DNA from: Minutocellus sp. GHC0000111
Lineage: Eukaryota
Reading direction: 5' to 3'
Assembly: GCA_977018835.1 (NCBI GenBank)
Contig: OZ361257.1
Coordinates: forward strand, 2,418,001-2,482,000
DNA length: 64,000 nucleotides
Shown here: positions 46,713 to 58,442 of the stretch, one piece after another
How positions within the stretch are numbered: position 1 is the first letter of the stretch
How the letters are laid out: each line of letters opens with the position of its first letter
Made by a program: the position numbers and the translations under genes
Notes under the pieces: generated by a model
Seen by the model: the letters and a program-made list of their open reading frames with translations, nothing else
Databases searched by the model: none
What the model was told of the DNA's origin: nothing

Positions 46713-48402
46713 GCTTCTTGTTTATTCGAAGTTTCGATTGGGTGCTCTAGATGTGGTGTGTGTAGATTATGTTCGACAGTCTTGTTGCAAGGAGTGGCAG
46801 TCACGCGTGGATCGGCAATGTCAGGTATGGCAGTGGTCGTGGGATCGGATGGCCGATGGCTGTGACTCTCCGATGGCCGTGGAACAATCAAGAAAGATAC
46901 GGGAACGCTTCCTCCTCCTTCTTCTTCTTTGCGCTCGTGGCCAAAGGAATGCAAAGATATCCCTTGCGGAAAACTTTTCCCCGACGCGCAACTGAGGTCA
47001 TTCTGCGGAGAAGGAACAAGGGAGGAGAGCGAGAGGCAACGGAGTGATAATGTCGGACGCATCCTCTGCGTTTTGGTGTTTTTGGTTGCTACAACTGGCA
47101 AAATTCAACCTCCCATTTCCATCGCGCGCCGAGCGTATCTTTCTGTGCCGCCGCTGACGCCGCGACGCACCGCCCACGACCACCAACCACTCCGCCACCC
47201 AACACGTGACTCAGAGGCAATCGCCCAACCCTTCCTGCCACCCTTCGCCACTTGGTGGCACCAATATAGCCATATATGGCTAATTTTGCCACCCAATCTG
47301 TCTGGCTTATCTTCGTTTGATCTGCTAAAATTAATGATTGCATGTAGATTAGTCGACTGACTCGCCTACTAGTGATATTCTTTGCTGATTTGTAACATTC
47401 ATGTATTTTTTGTTCGACATCACGTCGAATACGATTTATCTCAGTCAGCCTTATCGATTAGGATTGGTCCCACCGAAGACCACGATTATTGTGCACGAGT
47501 TCGAACAGTATTGTCGCTACTGCAGACCACCAGTAGTGTGCAGGCTCGGTGTGAGCAGGGCTCGGGTGTGAGGTTTGCTATTCTTCGGCGTTATTTGCCA
47601 TGTGAAATGATATATGTATGTATATCAGTAGCTGATTGAGCTACATTTGTAGTCATGTTGGTATTTTTGACATCCCAGTTAGCAAAATTGGAGGAGGCCA
47701 ACCTTACTGAGGGCCGTCGATTGATGGCATCCCCATGAATTGGTTATCGTTCCTTGTCGTTTAGTATCAATTATTGGAAACATGTGCAAACATGTGCTCG
47801 CCGTCCTGCGAATCCGGCGTCGACCTCCACCAAACATTGCGATACTCACAAAACCACCCATCTTTGCAGCAAAGCAACCCCGCGAAGCTTTCCATCAATG
47901 AGCCACCCCATACCATATGCAGATAGGAATAAGGTACTGATGTAGTGAATGGACGTGCATGAACCCAAACTACTGTCTTGTTGATATTTTGACCGACGAA
48001 ACTAAGAAAACTTTCCCCCCAAAAATATCAACATGACAGAGTTTGGCAGAACCATCGACCCAATCGCCAGAAAAATGCTATCGGACCTCAGCGTAGGTAC
48101 ATACCGTCCGAACGGAAGCCTCGCTATCGTCGATTTGGCGAAGATAGGTATGCCTATTGAGAAAGTAGTATCGCGGTGGAGAAGTTGAGGAGAATCTGGA
48201 AGTTCTGGTTTTACTTGTCATTGTGTGATAATGCAATGGGTTCCAATCACAAACTCAACAATCAACACATACACTTCCATTCTTTAGTATATACCTTGGC
48301 AGGTCTGAGGAGAATCAGTACCCCAGGGTTCAATTTCAAGAACTATTGCACATCATACACGTATGATTTTGGCTCCTGTCCCAACACCGGAAAATTTTCA
48401 AA

Positions 48403-49454
48403 TCGACCTTCTCGGCGTACCGCCCCTAGCTAGATTTTGAGACGATATTCCGCTGAAAGTCCCGCAATGTACTACAATAGCTAGAGAGTACCGGTAGATC
48501 TAAACTCTCACCACCTCTTACTAGTATGAGCACAGAGATATGTAGGTATATTATAATACATAGCAAGTTCGACGTCCTTTCCATAGTTGTTTTAAATGTT
48601 AAGAATCTTCCTATAAGTAGAGTCTACGTAAACGTTTATTTTACATGTATAAGTAAAGTCTACGTAAACGTTTATTGAATTGTCATCTATCTTGAAGAGA
48701 TAAGATCAAAAGGTTTGAGGCAATCCACCGTAAAATTTTCATCTTTCTTACTCGTAGTGATATTCAGGGCCACTCCTGTAACTTCGAAATTGCTCGTAGT
48801 ACCCATATTCTCTCCTCGAATGACGGGCTGAGAATCCATGCCCCTCAGAACATCGGCCGGTCTCAAAGTGAGACTTATTTACTTACTTACTTACTTACTT
48901 ACTCACTTGGCTTCCTCCGCTGCTATTTATCAAATGTGATTTGTACATGCCCATTTATAGGTCAAGCGTATTTTAAGTTGATGTACAACATTGACTGGCG
49001 TATCCTTTCGTATTTCCCTTTCAACTATGATGGTGTCGTCACCCTAAGCCTCTTTCGCAACATTTTCTTCATCGACTCGCTCTCATCTATCGTCTCTACC
49101 GGTGCTTTGACATCCCTGAGCATCGTCATCTCTTCCAGATTATAGTGGCAGTGGTACTGATAGCATCGAGTTCTCAGTTTAGCTCTTCGCCCTGACGTCT
49201 TTTCAGCACCGCTGTCAATGCTAGTGCCAGTATTGAACTCCAATCCTACTTCCTCCTCGCGGACCACGTCTGTTGCATCCCTGGCCAGCTTTCTTGCCTT
49301 GGCCATGTCAGCGTCCGCTCTCGTGCGCTCGCTCCATCGTCTTCAGTGCCGTCTCGGCACCTATGTCCGAAGGACTCATCGACTCGACCTTCTCGGCGTA
49401 CCGCGCCTAGCTAGCTATATTTTGAGCGGGTATTCCGCTGAAAGTCCCGCAATG
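48403..49454. repeat. Dispersed direct repeat of about 70 bp (48403-48469 and 49384-49454)
   Basis: tcgaccttctcggcgtaccgc...ctagcta...tattccgctgaaagtcccgcaatg. Confidence 0.9.
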
Positions 49455-50165
49455 ACCCGCTGCCGAGGGGTACGAGTACCGCCCCTCTACCCTCTCGTTT
49501 GGTGCTACCATGGCGTCGAGGCTGGCCCAGGCCCTGTCGCATGCAGCCCGAAAGACACAATTGCTGGACGTGGCCAGTTCCGCAGCAGCGACGAGGGATT
49601 CCACGTCCATACCGCCGAGGCACCGTGAGGCAGTAGGCGAGGACGTCGACACGGACCGTTCCAGAAAGATTATCCCACCTCTTTTGTTGTTGGAGAAAGT
49701 TCGTCACTTATTTGAAGGGCGGGTGCCGGTGGCCGCGGAATGAATCCTGCCGCTGCAGCCAATCTTGAGATTGGCGTCCCGAGCGATGAAGGGGGGCGCG
49801 CGTCATGCAACCCAGCGGGGGCGGCAGAGGGCTCCGTTGCAACTACGAGCTCGTATGAGCCATGCCGCACTCGGGCGCACTCGGCCGGGCGGGTGTCCAT
49901 CTTTCCGTTCCAGGCGCTTTCAATCCTGAGTGACGTCATTATGATGGCACAGAAAAAGAGACCGTTTGCATCTCCGCGCCGCCATCGCCAGCCAAGCCGG
50001 CCATTCCGCTCTCGGTCATTAGCATTCGAGTGCTTGCCCGCCCAGCCAGCAACCATACCAGCAGACAAATCAGCACACCCATCGTTGACAGTTGTAGAGT
50101 ACGATCGTACCGCAGCACCAGGCCAGCAGTAGCAACTGGTATTATCCTGATCTGCCACTACGAAA

Positions 50166-51416
50166 ATGCAGCCCGAAGACAACGGATCCATGCCGGTGGC
50201 GGCCGCCGAGGGATCCTCGAATCCTCCTCGTCGTCCTCTTGTGCTTCGCGATGTTATGTTCCAAGCCTGCATCCAGAACAAATCGTTGCTGACTACCCGT
50301 GGCGAAATTCAGGATGTTCTTGATCGCGAAGGCTACAGCAACGCCGATCTGGTCGATCTTCTGCGCAGCGAAATAGGACAGCTCATCAAAACTGATGGCA
50401 CCATTGTTTCCGTCCGCAGCCTCATCGTATTGGACAGGAACGGCATGGCTGCCATGGAATCGGAGGAGCAGAAGCAGCGCAAGGGCCAGCAGAAGGAAGT
50501 ACTGGTGCAGCACCTCCCATTGCTGGGATTGTGGGGGTGGTGGGACTATCACAGCCATCACAGCCTGACTTCGCCTAGCGTCGGCGATAATGGTGATGCG
50601 GCCGCTCCAACTGTGGGCGAGAAGATGCGGCAGTGGCTTAGTTCTCTGGCAAGCGATACGTATGATTCCTTTGCATTGGGCATGAAACGGCATGTTCCTC
50701 CCGCCCAGGTGGATGCGGTGGACTTGGTCATCGGAACTTTCGACGTGGTCTGCGACCCTTTTATGGTGGCGGAATGTCTTCAGGCGATATTGGAACATGC
50801 TCCTACTACTCGCTGGGATGGTGAGGCAGCCAGGCTGCTTCATCGACATGGGAAGGGGAGGGATACTTTTGAGGGATTCTGTTGCGAAGAGGTGCCAGCC
50901 ATGGCACGTGTAGGGCGGGATGCGTCGCAGCTCCTTCGGGTCGTCTCCTCGTCCAGCCTCGACCTGCTTCTGGAAGTCATGGTGCGCGCAGATCTCGCCG
51001 CCCTGCTTTGCGACGGGAAAGTCGTTGTACTTGGGTATAGGGCTAGACCTCACGACAACGAGACATACGTTACAACCATTCGTTTGGGAGCGTCGAAATT
51101 AGAGACTGAACGCAAGCTCGATGAGCTGAAGGAGAAGGAGGATGACCTCAGGGCCCAGGCCTCTGAGGTCGAGAAGGAGGACAAGGAATCGCAATCGCAA
51201 TCTGATATTTTGCGGCAGCTTACCGAGTGTGAAGATGATATCACAGAGATGTTTACACAGCTGGAGACGATTGTCGAATCTCTTCTTGCCCACGAAAGTA
51301 GACTGTTGCAAAATAAAGCCGACAGAGTCTTTCAGTACCTAGAGAGAGTCACAAACGCAAGGATCGGTGGAGGACGTGAACGCCTAAGCAATGACAGTGA
51401 CTCGGAAGAGGAGTGA
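50166..51416 (+). CDS. Divergent CHMP7-like paralog with truncated Snf7 region
   Basis: LDLLLEVMVRADLAALLCDGKVVVL / IRLGASKLETERKLDEL align with the neighbouring gene. Confidence 0.6.
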   Translation: MQPEDNGSMPVAAAEGSSNPPRRPLVLRDVMFQACIQNKSLLTTRGEIQDVLDREGYSNADLVDLLRSEIGQLIKTDGTIVSVRSLIVLDRNGMAAMESEEQKQRKGQQKEVLVQHLPLLGLWGWWDYHSHHSLTSPSVGDNGDAAAPTVGEKMRQWLSSLASDTYDSFALGMKRHVPPAQVDAVDLVIGTFDVVCDPFMVAECLQAILEHAPTTRWDGEAARLLHRHGKGRDTFEGFCCEEVPAMARVGRDASQLLRVVSSSSLDLLLEVMVRADLAALLCDGKVVVLGYRARPHDNETYVTTIRLGASKLETERKLDELKEKEDDLRAQASEVEKEDKESQSQSDILRQLTECEDDITEMFTQLETIVESLLAHESRLLQNKADRVFQYLERVTNARIGGGRERLSNDSDSEEE

Positions 51417-51819
51417 ACAGCTTGAAGGGCTCGAGGGGGGCAAAAATCAGGTGATAAACGATGGAACGATGGAAATGTGGACAGATCCAACGACGATGAG
51501 TAGTAGACACCACGGCATGGGGGGTTGGCTTCGAAGAGGCCGGGACAGCGCAAATTCTGAGGGAAATCAGGAGATACCGAAGCCTCCAATTTCTATAGAG
51601 CGATGCAGGCATCATCATCCTGTACATGTAAATCTAAATTACGCTACCGTGGTATCCCATCATTCTACTCCCTTGCCAATGCGCCGATGCTGCTATTTTG
51701 CTCACATTACATTTCGAGGGTCTACGTAGCTACATCGATAGGGCTTCATTCTCCTGAGCAAGGTACAGTTACGATCAAGCTTTGTAGTCTCTGAAGCACT
51801 ATCTACGTCGACATGGTGT

Positions 51820-53430
51820 CTACAAAGCGACCAATCCAGACTTCTTCGGACGGACATCCTCCTCATCCTCCCTGCTGCCGGTACTTCCTCTGGCCACAGA
51901 AGCGTCGCCCCCGGCGACGTTCGTAGCCTCTTCTGCGACGGCCTCTGCATGATTCGCCGTCGTATTTTCCCCAGCGTCATTGTGTTCTAGACCAGTGGCA
52001 GCAAGAATGTTTGCCAAGTCGTCTACGTCCGCGTCCTCCGCCACCAAAGCCTCGAGCTCCTGCTCCGCCTCCTCTTCATTGATCTCACCCACTCCACTGG
52101 CAACACCTGCATCAATGATCATTTTGGTGACCTCATTGCTCTCCTCGGTTAGATTGGCCATTTCGTCCATCAGTTCCTTGATGTCTTCGGGGTGGAGCCC
52201 CTTCCCTCCCTCCTCCTCGCTCTTGTGGGCCATATTCATAGCATCCCTGGCTAACTTGAAGGCCTGGATCACGTCGGCGTCGGCTCTGGTGCGCTCCAGC
52301 GCATGAAGCTGTTTTTCCACATTCAACAAACTTGCCGAGGTCCGATCAATCTCATCCTTGCACATTTTGCGCCGTTTGAGGTGCACCAAGCAGAGATTCT
52401 TCTGACCCTCCTTCTTGGCCAATACGGCGCGGGCTCCGCAGACACCGGCCTTTTCCGACAGGCGCTCAATACGACGCTCCAGTGCCGTTGAAGACGCTCT
52501 CAACTTGAATATTCCCACGTCGACTTTGTCCACGGCAACTGCGGTGTGCTTCGGAAGGAGCTCCACGATGTCGCCATCGTCACTCAGTTTGGCACGCCCA
52601 GCGACCAGCATGGTCCGGAGCAACAGGTCCAGACCATCCTGCGGCAATCTGGAAAGCGTTTCGCACAGCGCCGTGTCCTCGGCGGAGTTTTTGCCCGATG
52701 CCGCCAATGATGCCGAGGCCGCAAGACGACAAAATTCGGCCAAGGTATGCGGGCCGTCCCCAGTGCAATATAGCAAAGTGGCTTGCCCGTCGGACTCTGC
52801 GGCGGCATGATCCAATATCAGACGGATGCATTCCACCATCAGCCTGCCGTTTTGGACGGAGAGGTGGTGGTTGGCAGTACAGTCGCCCCGTCTCTCCGAC
52901 GATCTGTTCTTCATTCCGCCCCCCAAGTCATCGTCAAAAATGAAGGAGAAGAGCGTCTTCGCCACCGTCCCGGCGAGCTCCAACACGGCAGTGCGGCCAG
53001 GGACGCGGGTGCCAGCAACCGTACTAGTACCGGTCCGTCTCACTCTCCCCGCCAGCATCCCCGCGGCCGCCTCCAGCTGCTCGTTCGACGGCATCCCCTC
53101 GATGGCACCGGTACCGTCCGCAGCCCCAGAACGCCCCAGCCTGCGAGGAACAAGTGCGAAGAGGCAGTGCTGATCGGAACCACTGCCGGCGGGACTGGCC
53201 ACGCTCCCGTCGTGTTCGATAAACATCGTCTTCCGCAGCAGAGAAGCTCGGAGGGCACGCATCTCCCTATCGATATCGGCACGCCCGCCGAAATTGTTGT
53301 CACCCGACAGGGCCTCGGAAACGGTGGCCGCCAGACTCCTGGATCGCAGGCAGACGCTGCGGTGGAGTGCACCGGCGTCCACCGGAGCTGCCGTGCCCGG
53401 CGATCGTCCTTCCCGCCCGGTGTTGCTCAT
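51820..53430 (-). CDS. CHMP7: CHMP7-like ESCRT-III protein
   Basis: C-terminal Snf7 domain (HLKRRK..., VIQAFK, DIKELMDEM, EEAEQELEAL) after a long N-terminal region. Confidence 0.75.
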   Translation of the reverse strand: MSNTGREGRSPGTAAPVDAGALHRSVCLRSRSLAATVSEALSGDNNFGGRADIDREMRALRASLLRKTMFIEHDGSVASPAGSGSDQHCLFALVPRRLGRSGAADGTGAIEGMPSNEQLEAAAGMLAGRVRRTGTSTVAGTRVPGRTAVLELAGTVAKTLFSFIFDDDLGGGMKNRSSERRGDCTANHHLSVQNGRLMVECIRLILDHAAAESDGQATLLYCTGDGPHTLAEFCRLAASASLAASGKNSAEDTALCETLSRLPQDGLDLLLRTMLVAGRAKLSDDGDIVELLPKHTAVAVDKVDVGIFKLRASSTALERRIERLSEKAGVCGARAVLAKKEGQKNLCLVHLKRRKMCKDEIDRTSASLLNVEKQLHALERTRADADVIQAFKLARDAMNMAHKSEEEGGKGLHPEDIKELMDEMANLTEESNEVTKMIIDAGVASGVGEINEEEAEQELEALVAEDADVDDLANILAATGLEHNDAGENTTANHAEAVAEEATNVAGGDASVARGSTGSREDEEDVRPKKSGLVAL

Positions 53431-53500
53431 ACTTGACTCTGTGATACTACGTAGTAGGATCCTATTTCTCGGCAGAAGAGATGGGCCCGGGTGCCCTCTA

Positions 53501-56379
53501 CGAGGTCCGGGACAGCAATTTCGGGGACCCGGTTTTTTGGGTCTTTGGACTTTCCGACACGGCGGTTTGCGCGCACCTTGAAAAACACGCGGCAAAGCAA
53601 GCAAATCAAAACACATCCGTCAACAACCGACCTCCAAGCAATTACCACAAATAGACTGGGCAACTTCTGCCGACTGGCGCTTCAAGAAGCTTCCATACTC
53701 ATGGATACTCCAAAGGGACACATCTTCAGTCCACCGCGTCCACCGAAACGCGCCGAGGCGACTGCATTCAGCCCCTCGCGCCATGAGAAGGAAACTTCCA
53801 ACGAAACGCCGGAACATCCGCGGTATCGAGAGAACAAGGACAACGATGACGAGGAGGACAACCAAGGGGTCCCACCGGCATCGTCAGACCTCACATCTCC
53901 TCGTGTGTTGAAATATCGACGCGAGTACAACGAAGAGGATGGCTTCGCCGCCGAATGAAGGCCGAAGCAATTTTGCAGTTAGGCATGCTATCGTAAACGT
54001 CCTCGGCAGTGTCCCAGATCTGGTCGGTGGAAATGACGGAGGTGCCTACCATTTTTCGTGCCCATTCCGAGTGCCGCCGGCTCATCGCGGGGAACACGCT
54101 CAAGTCAAGGACGTTGGCGTGAGGCATCTGCGGTGCCTGTGGCTGCCACGTCCAGCCTTGCTCAGCACAGAAGTTAGTAACAAATTGCGTGAAGGTTCCG
54201 TCCTCGTGAGGCCCGGCCTGGTCGCCCTGGATAATAACATGGCAATCTTCGTATTGCTTGCCCGGACCGACAAGGTTGAGAATCGCTGGGAAAATAGTCT
54301 CCTTGATTACGAGGAGCAAAGAGCATTTCGGATCCTTTTTGGTGCCTTCGTTCGATCCAGTAACGCAACAATCAACAAGAAACGACTCTCCTTTCCGGCG
54401 AAGAGGTTCCTTTGGTGTCCCATCGGGGTTGGTATTTGGGTGCCGTATTGAACCATCAGGCTGTGATGCTGCTTCGTACTGAGCTCGCTCCGCTATTTTA
54501 GGAGCTTGAGCTCGTACCAGTGGCAGTTTTACAACCTCGCACCCACTCTCAAGAGAACCGTCAAAGACAGCGGCAACAAATGCAATGGCCATGACCTTGT
54601 TGATGTGGCTCCTGTGAAAGGCCGCGTAATCTCGCTTTTTCACGCCGATTTCCTCGCAAGCCTTCGCAAAAGCTCGGAGGACGAGACCCCAGAACCATTT
54701 CTCATCGTAATGCACGAGGAGAACTCGCTTCTTTCCATTCGGTAAATTGCCGTCCGTTTGCGCCTGTCCTTGGCAATTGAATCGGTATTGAGGCCGAGTG
54801 GGATCGGGGTGATGGCCTTGAGAGGCACATTCTTATGCATCATGCCACCAAAAGGCTTCTCACACTGGACATCGCAAAGAGTACCTCCACCGACACCTCG
54901 ACTGACCATAACAAATCCCTTACCCTCAGGCCGATTCATGTTGGGACTGAAGTCGGCAGACACAAGGACATATTCCCCAGTACTGATGGCAGGTCGCATG
55001 TTATCTTCCATTCTCATTGCTTTCTTGCGTTCGGGTGGTGCATCCGTCGGCATCCTGTGCGACCGAAGATGTTCACGCATTTGCACCCTCTGCTCCAAAT
55101 GACGCATCGCCTCCTTCATTTTGTTCCTTTTCTTCTCGGCATCGGCCATGGCCTTTTCATCCTTCCGCTTTTCTCGTTTCAAGGTATCCCTTAGCCCTTT
55201 CAAAGCCTCCTCTGCAGCTTTGTATTGTGCTTCGGCCTCAACCAGCAGCACATCCAAATTCTCCTCGGTCGATCCACCAGAATTGGCGGTGCCGGTAGCA
55301 GAAACACCGACACTGGCAGGATTGCCAGATTCTTCACTGTTGCCGCTTCCATCCACCACCATGGACTCGGTGATGCCCCCAGCTTCGATATTATCATCAC
55401 CAGGACGAGCAGCGATACCAGCATTGTCCTCGACAGTCGGCTCAGGGCTGGCATCGGCGTTATTGGATGACGAATTGCGCCGAGCAATTTGAATTTGAGA
55501 AATCGGCACATCTTGTGCCGGATCAGGACCGGTCTGGCTCGGACAGCACAGCTCCTCCTCTCGGGCTTGCTCCATAACATCCTGCTGTTTCTGAAGTGAG
55601 AGGCCCGCCCATGCCCGGTTCGCTATGGTCTGGATCATCCCAGGAGACTTGCCACGAATCGTAGAGGCATCGATGGTGCCGCTCCGATGGACAAAATAAT
55701 CAAAGCATGGGATGGAGCTGCCGGACCGACGGGAGCGGCGACATGCTGGCGCATCAGCTGCGGTGGCAGCAGTAGTAACAGCCATTTGCATTAATGTGGT
55801 GTTGGATGCAGTATTTTGTGGCAGTAGAGCAACAGTTTGTATGTCGGGTGGGTTGGAAATGAGGAAGGTTTCATTGAGTGGCGGGCGCGCCGGGCGGGTG
55901 ATGATTTTTTTGGCCAGCTCGATTTTGGCGCGGGGTCACCCGGACCGCATGAGATGCGCCATTATGGGGACCATGGAGACCGATATCGGAGCTCAAACCA
56001 TATGGCTACTTGAATCAATGCATTTGGGAGGTGGTGGTGGGGTCGGGAGGTGGAGGAGGTGACCAGTTGTCATCGGAAAAACTGGCAGAAGTCGGGAGGG
56101 GCGATGGATGGGGGGTGAATCGGCCAGACGCTGGCATGGGAAGATGAAATCGACATCTCCGAGTCGGTCCAAGGTCAAGGACCAAACCGTTCTGGAGATG
56201 CCACGCTCATCCCTTGCGTGAAGCGGATGCCGTCGGCACTGCCGTCACCGCCATCTTGAAGACAGGACGATAGCAAATAAATGCTGCTGCTTGCTGCGTG
56301 CGTTTGTGCTGATGATTTTTATGAGATTTTGCCCAAAGACCCGAAAACCGGGTCCCTGAAACTGCTGTCCGCGACCTCG
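53501..56379 (-). mobile_element. Tc1/mariner-type transposon, internally deleted, 2879 bp
   Basis: TA|CGAGGTC...GACCTCG|TA, about 48-bp imperfect TIRs; HYDEKWF, IQGDQAGPH, PQMPHANVLDL (53891-54745); upstream ORF 54640-55791 out of frame. Confidence 0.92.
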
Positions 56380-56624
56380 TAAGACAGACAGTCGTCACCG
56401 CTTGGAGGGTGGGCGCGGCCCATCTAGCAATAAGAGGGTGTGAGTTTTTTTTTTGTTGGCAATAAACTAGGTCGACGAAGAAACACATGTTCCACGCTTA
56501 TTTCCGTCGATTTTGGCGCTGCTTGCTCTCTCTCGTCGTGTTACATCGTAGAAACATCTGCTGCAAAACACAGGCGATGCCAACTTGAACGGCTGTGGCA
56601 GGCAGATCGTGTTTCAGATTTTAG

Positions 56625-58195
56625 AAAGCAAGCCAGCATTCGGAACAAAGATCTCACAAGTGAAGTGAAAGCAAGCCAGCATTCGGAACAAAGATCTCAC
56701 AAGTGGAAGCAGGTACTCCCCGTCGTGGGGAATGTTTGGATTTGACTTTTTGTATTTTAAAAGGGAGTGCTTCAGATTCAATGAGTCACGCGCCAGCACA
56801 TCAAATCGGCCTCATCAAATCCGCAGCATGTCAAAACAACCAGCATGTCAAGCCGCAGCAGCAATCAAACCGCAGCGGCACATCAAACCATACTCACCAC
56901 CCGCAGCATGTCAAAACGTTCAGCGTATCGAACCGCAGCAAATCAATTCTACCCGCATGTCATCAAATGTCAAGAAATCGACCAGCACCACATCAAAACG
57001 CCAAGCACAGACCAGCATGTCTAAAAACGTCCAGCATGTCAAGCCGCAGCAGCAATCACACCACAGCGGCAGCGGCAGCACATCAAACCTCATCAACCGC
57101 GGCAGCACATCAAAACGTCCAGCATGTCAAGCCGCAGCACTAATCAAACCGCCAGCAGCACATCAAACCTCATCAGCCGCGGCAGCACATCAGACCACCC
57201 GCAGCAAATCAAACCTCATCCACCGCGGCAGAAATCTAACCTCACCACCCGCAGCACATTAAAACGTTCAGCACATCTCACAACAGCGGCAGCTGATCAA
57301 ACCGCCAGCAGCGGCAGCGGCAGCGGCAGCACATCAAACCTCATCAACCGCGGCAGCATGTCAAAACCTCCAGCATGTCAAGCCGCAGCACTAATCAAAC
57401 CGCCAGCAGCACATCAAACCTCATCAGCCGCGGCAGCACATCAGACCACCCGCAGCATGTCAAGACGTTCAGCACATCACACTGCAAGTGCAGCACATCA
57501 AATCGTAGAAGCAGCGGCAGCGGCAGTGATCAAACTGCCAGCAGCAAATCAATCTATCCGCGCATCTTGTCACACATGTGTCACCTAAACGACCAGCATG
57601 CCAATGACAGCATTGGGCGCATTGCTTCACTGAAAGCATTCCCCACACACAAGAACATTCAGTTGTCAAAACAGCCTTTCATGTTTCCCAACCATCCTCA
57701 ATCACCTTAACAAATAAGAGTGTGAAAATAGTCCAAAGCAATGGCTCTTCCCCATGATGATTGCCACCCGAAGAAAAAAAGCTTCGTCTTTGCAGCAAAC
57801 CAAACAACAATTTTCACATCACCGCGTTCGGGACGCTGCCTGATTCGTGCATCACATGTTTAAGCACTTTTTTGGTGCCAATAGAAGTGTTTCATTAGTC
57901 TACTTTCTTTTGTTTCTCGTGCTTGCTAAGCACCTCCGACATCGGTTCCGAGTGCTTCGAACATGATTCATCACCGTCAGCGTGTCAACATTTTCAGCAT
58001 TTTTGACATGCTGCTACACCACTCCTCTATGTGAATCTTTAAATTTTTTAAACTAATTGTAACTATTCAAGAGTGCAATCGGATCGGTGCGCCGCCGCAG
58101 CAGCAGCATGTCTTCCAACAACGAACCAGCACGTCAAACGGCCAACCAGCACATCACAAAACGTCCAGCGCATCGCTTCCATTCCACAACCAAAG
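56625..58195. repeat. Degenerate short-motif repeat array (cagcacatcaaa / cagcatgtcaa / ccgcagca) with internal duplications
   Basis: About 140-bp block at about 57066-57207 repeated at about 57317-57457; about 36-bp duplication at 56628-56705. Confidence 0.85.
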
Positions 58196-58442
58196 TGCTA
58201 AGAGGTCCTAAAGCTAAGCTAGATAGATATAGCTAGTAGAGGTTAATAGGACCTACGTAGATGAAAATGGGCCATCGGAGATGTCGTTGGCCCATGGATC
58301 AACGGTCAGGAGAGGGCACTGAGTCAGTGGTCTGATCACCGTACGTACCGTACGTATGTATACGTACGTACGTATCCCACGGCATCAACACACACCCCCT
58401 CGCAGATCAATGACTAGTGCCATTGAATCTTCATGTAGAGTC

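Noticed and set aside
49510..49743. 77-aa ORF with transit-peptide-like start
   Set aside because: Too short and no recognisable domain; may be a gene fragment.
56780..57600. CRISPR-like array
   Set aside because: Units are degenerate and variable, with no constant repeat/unique spacer structure; eukaryotic context and no cas genes.
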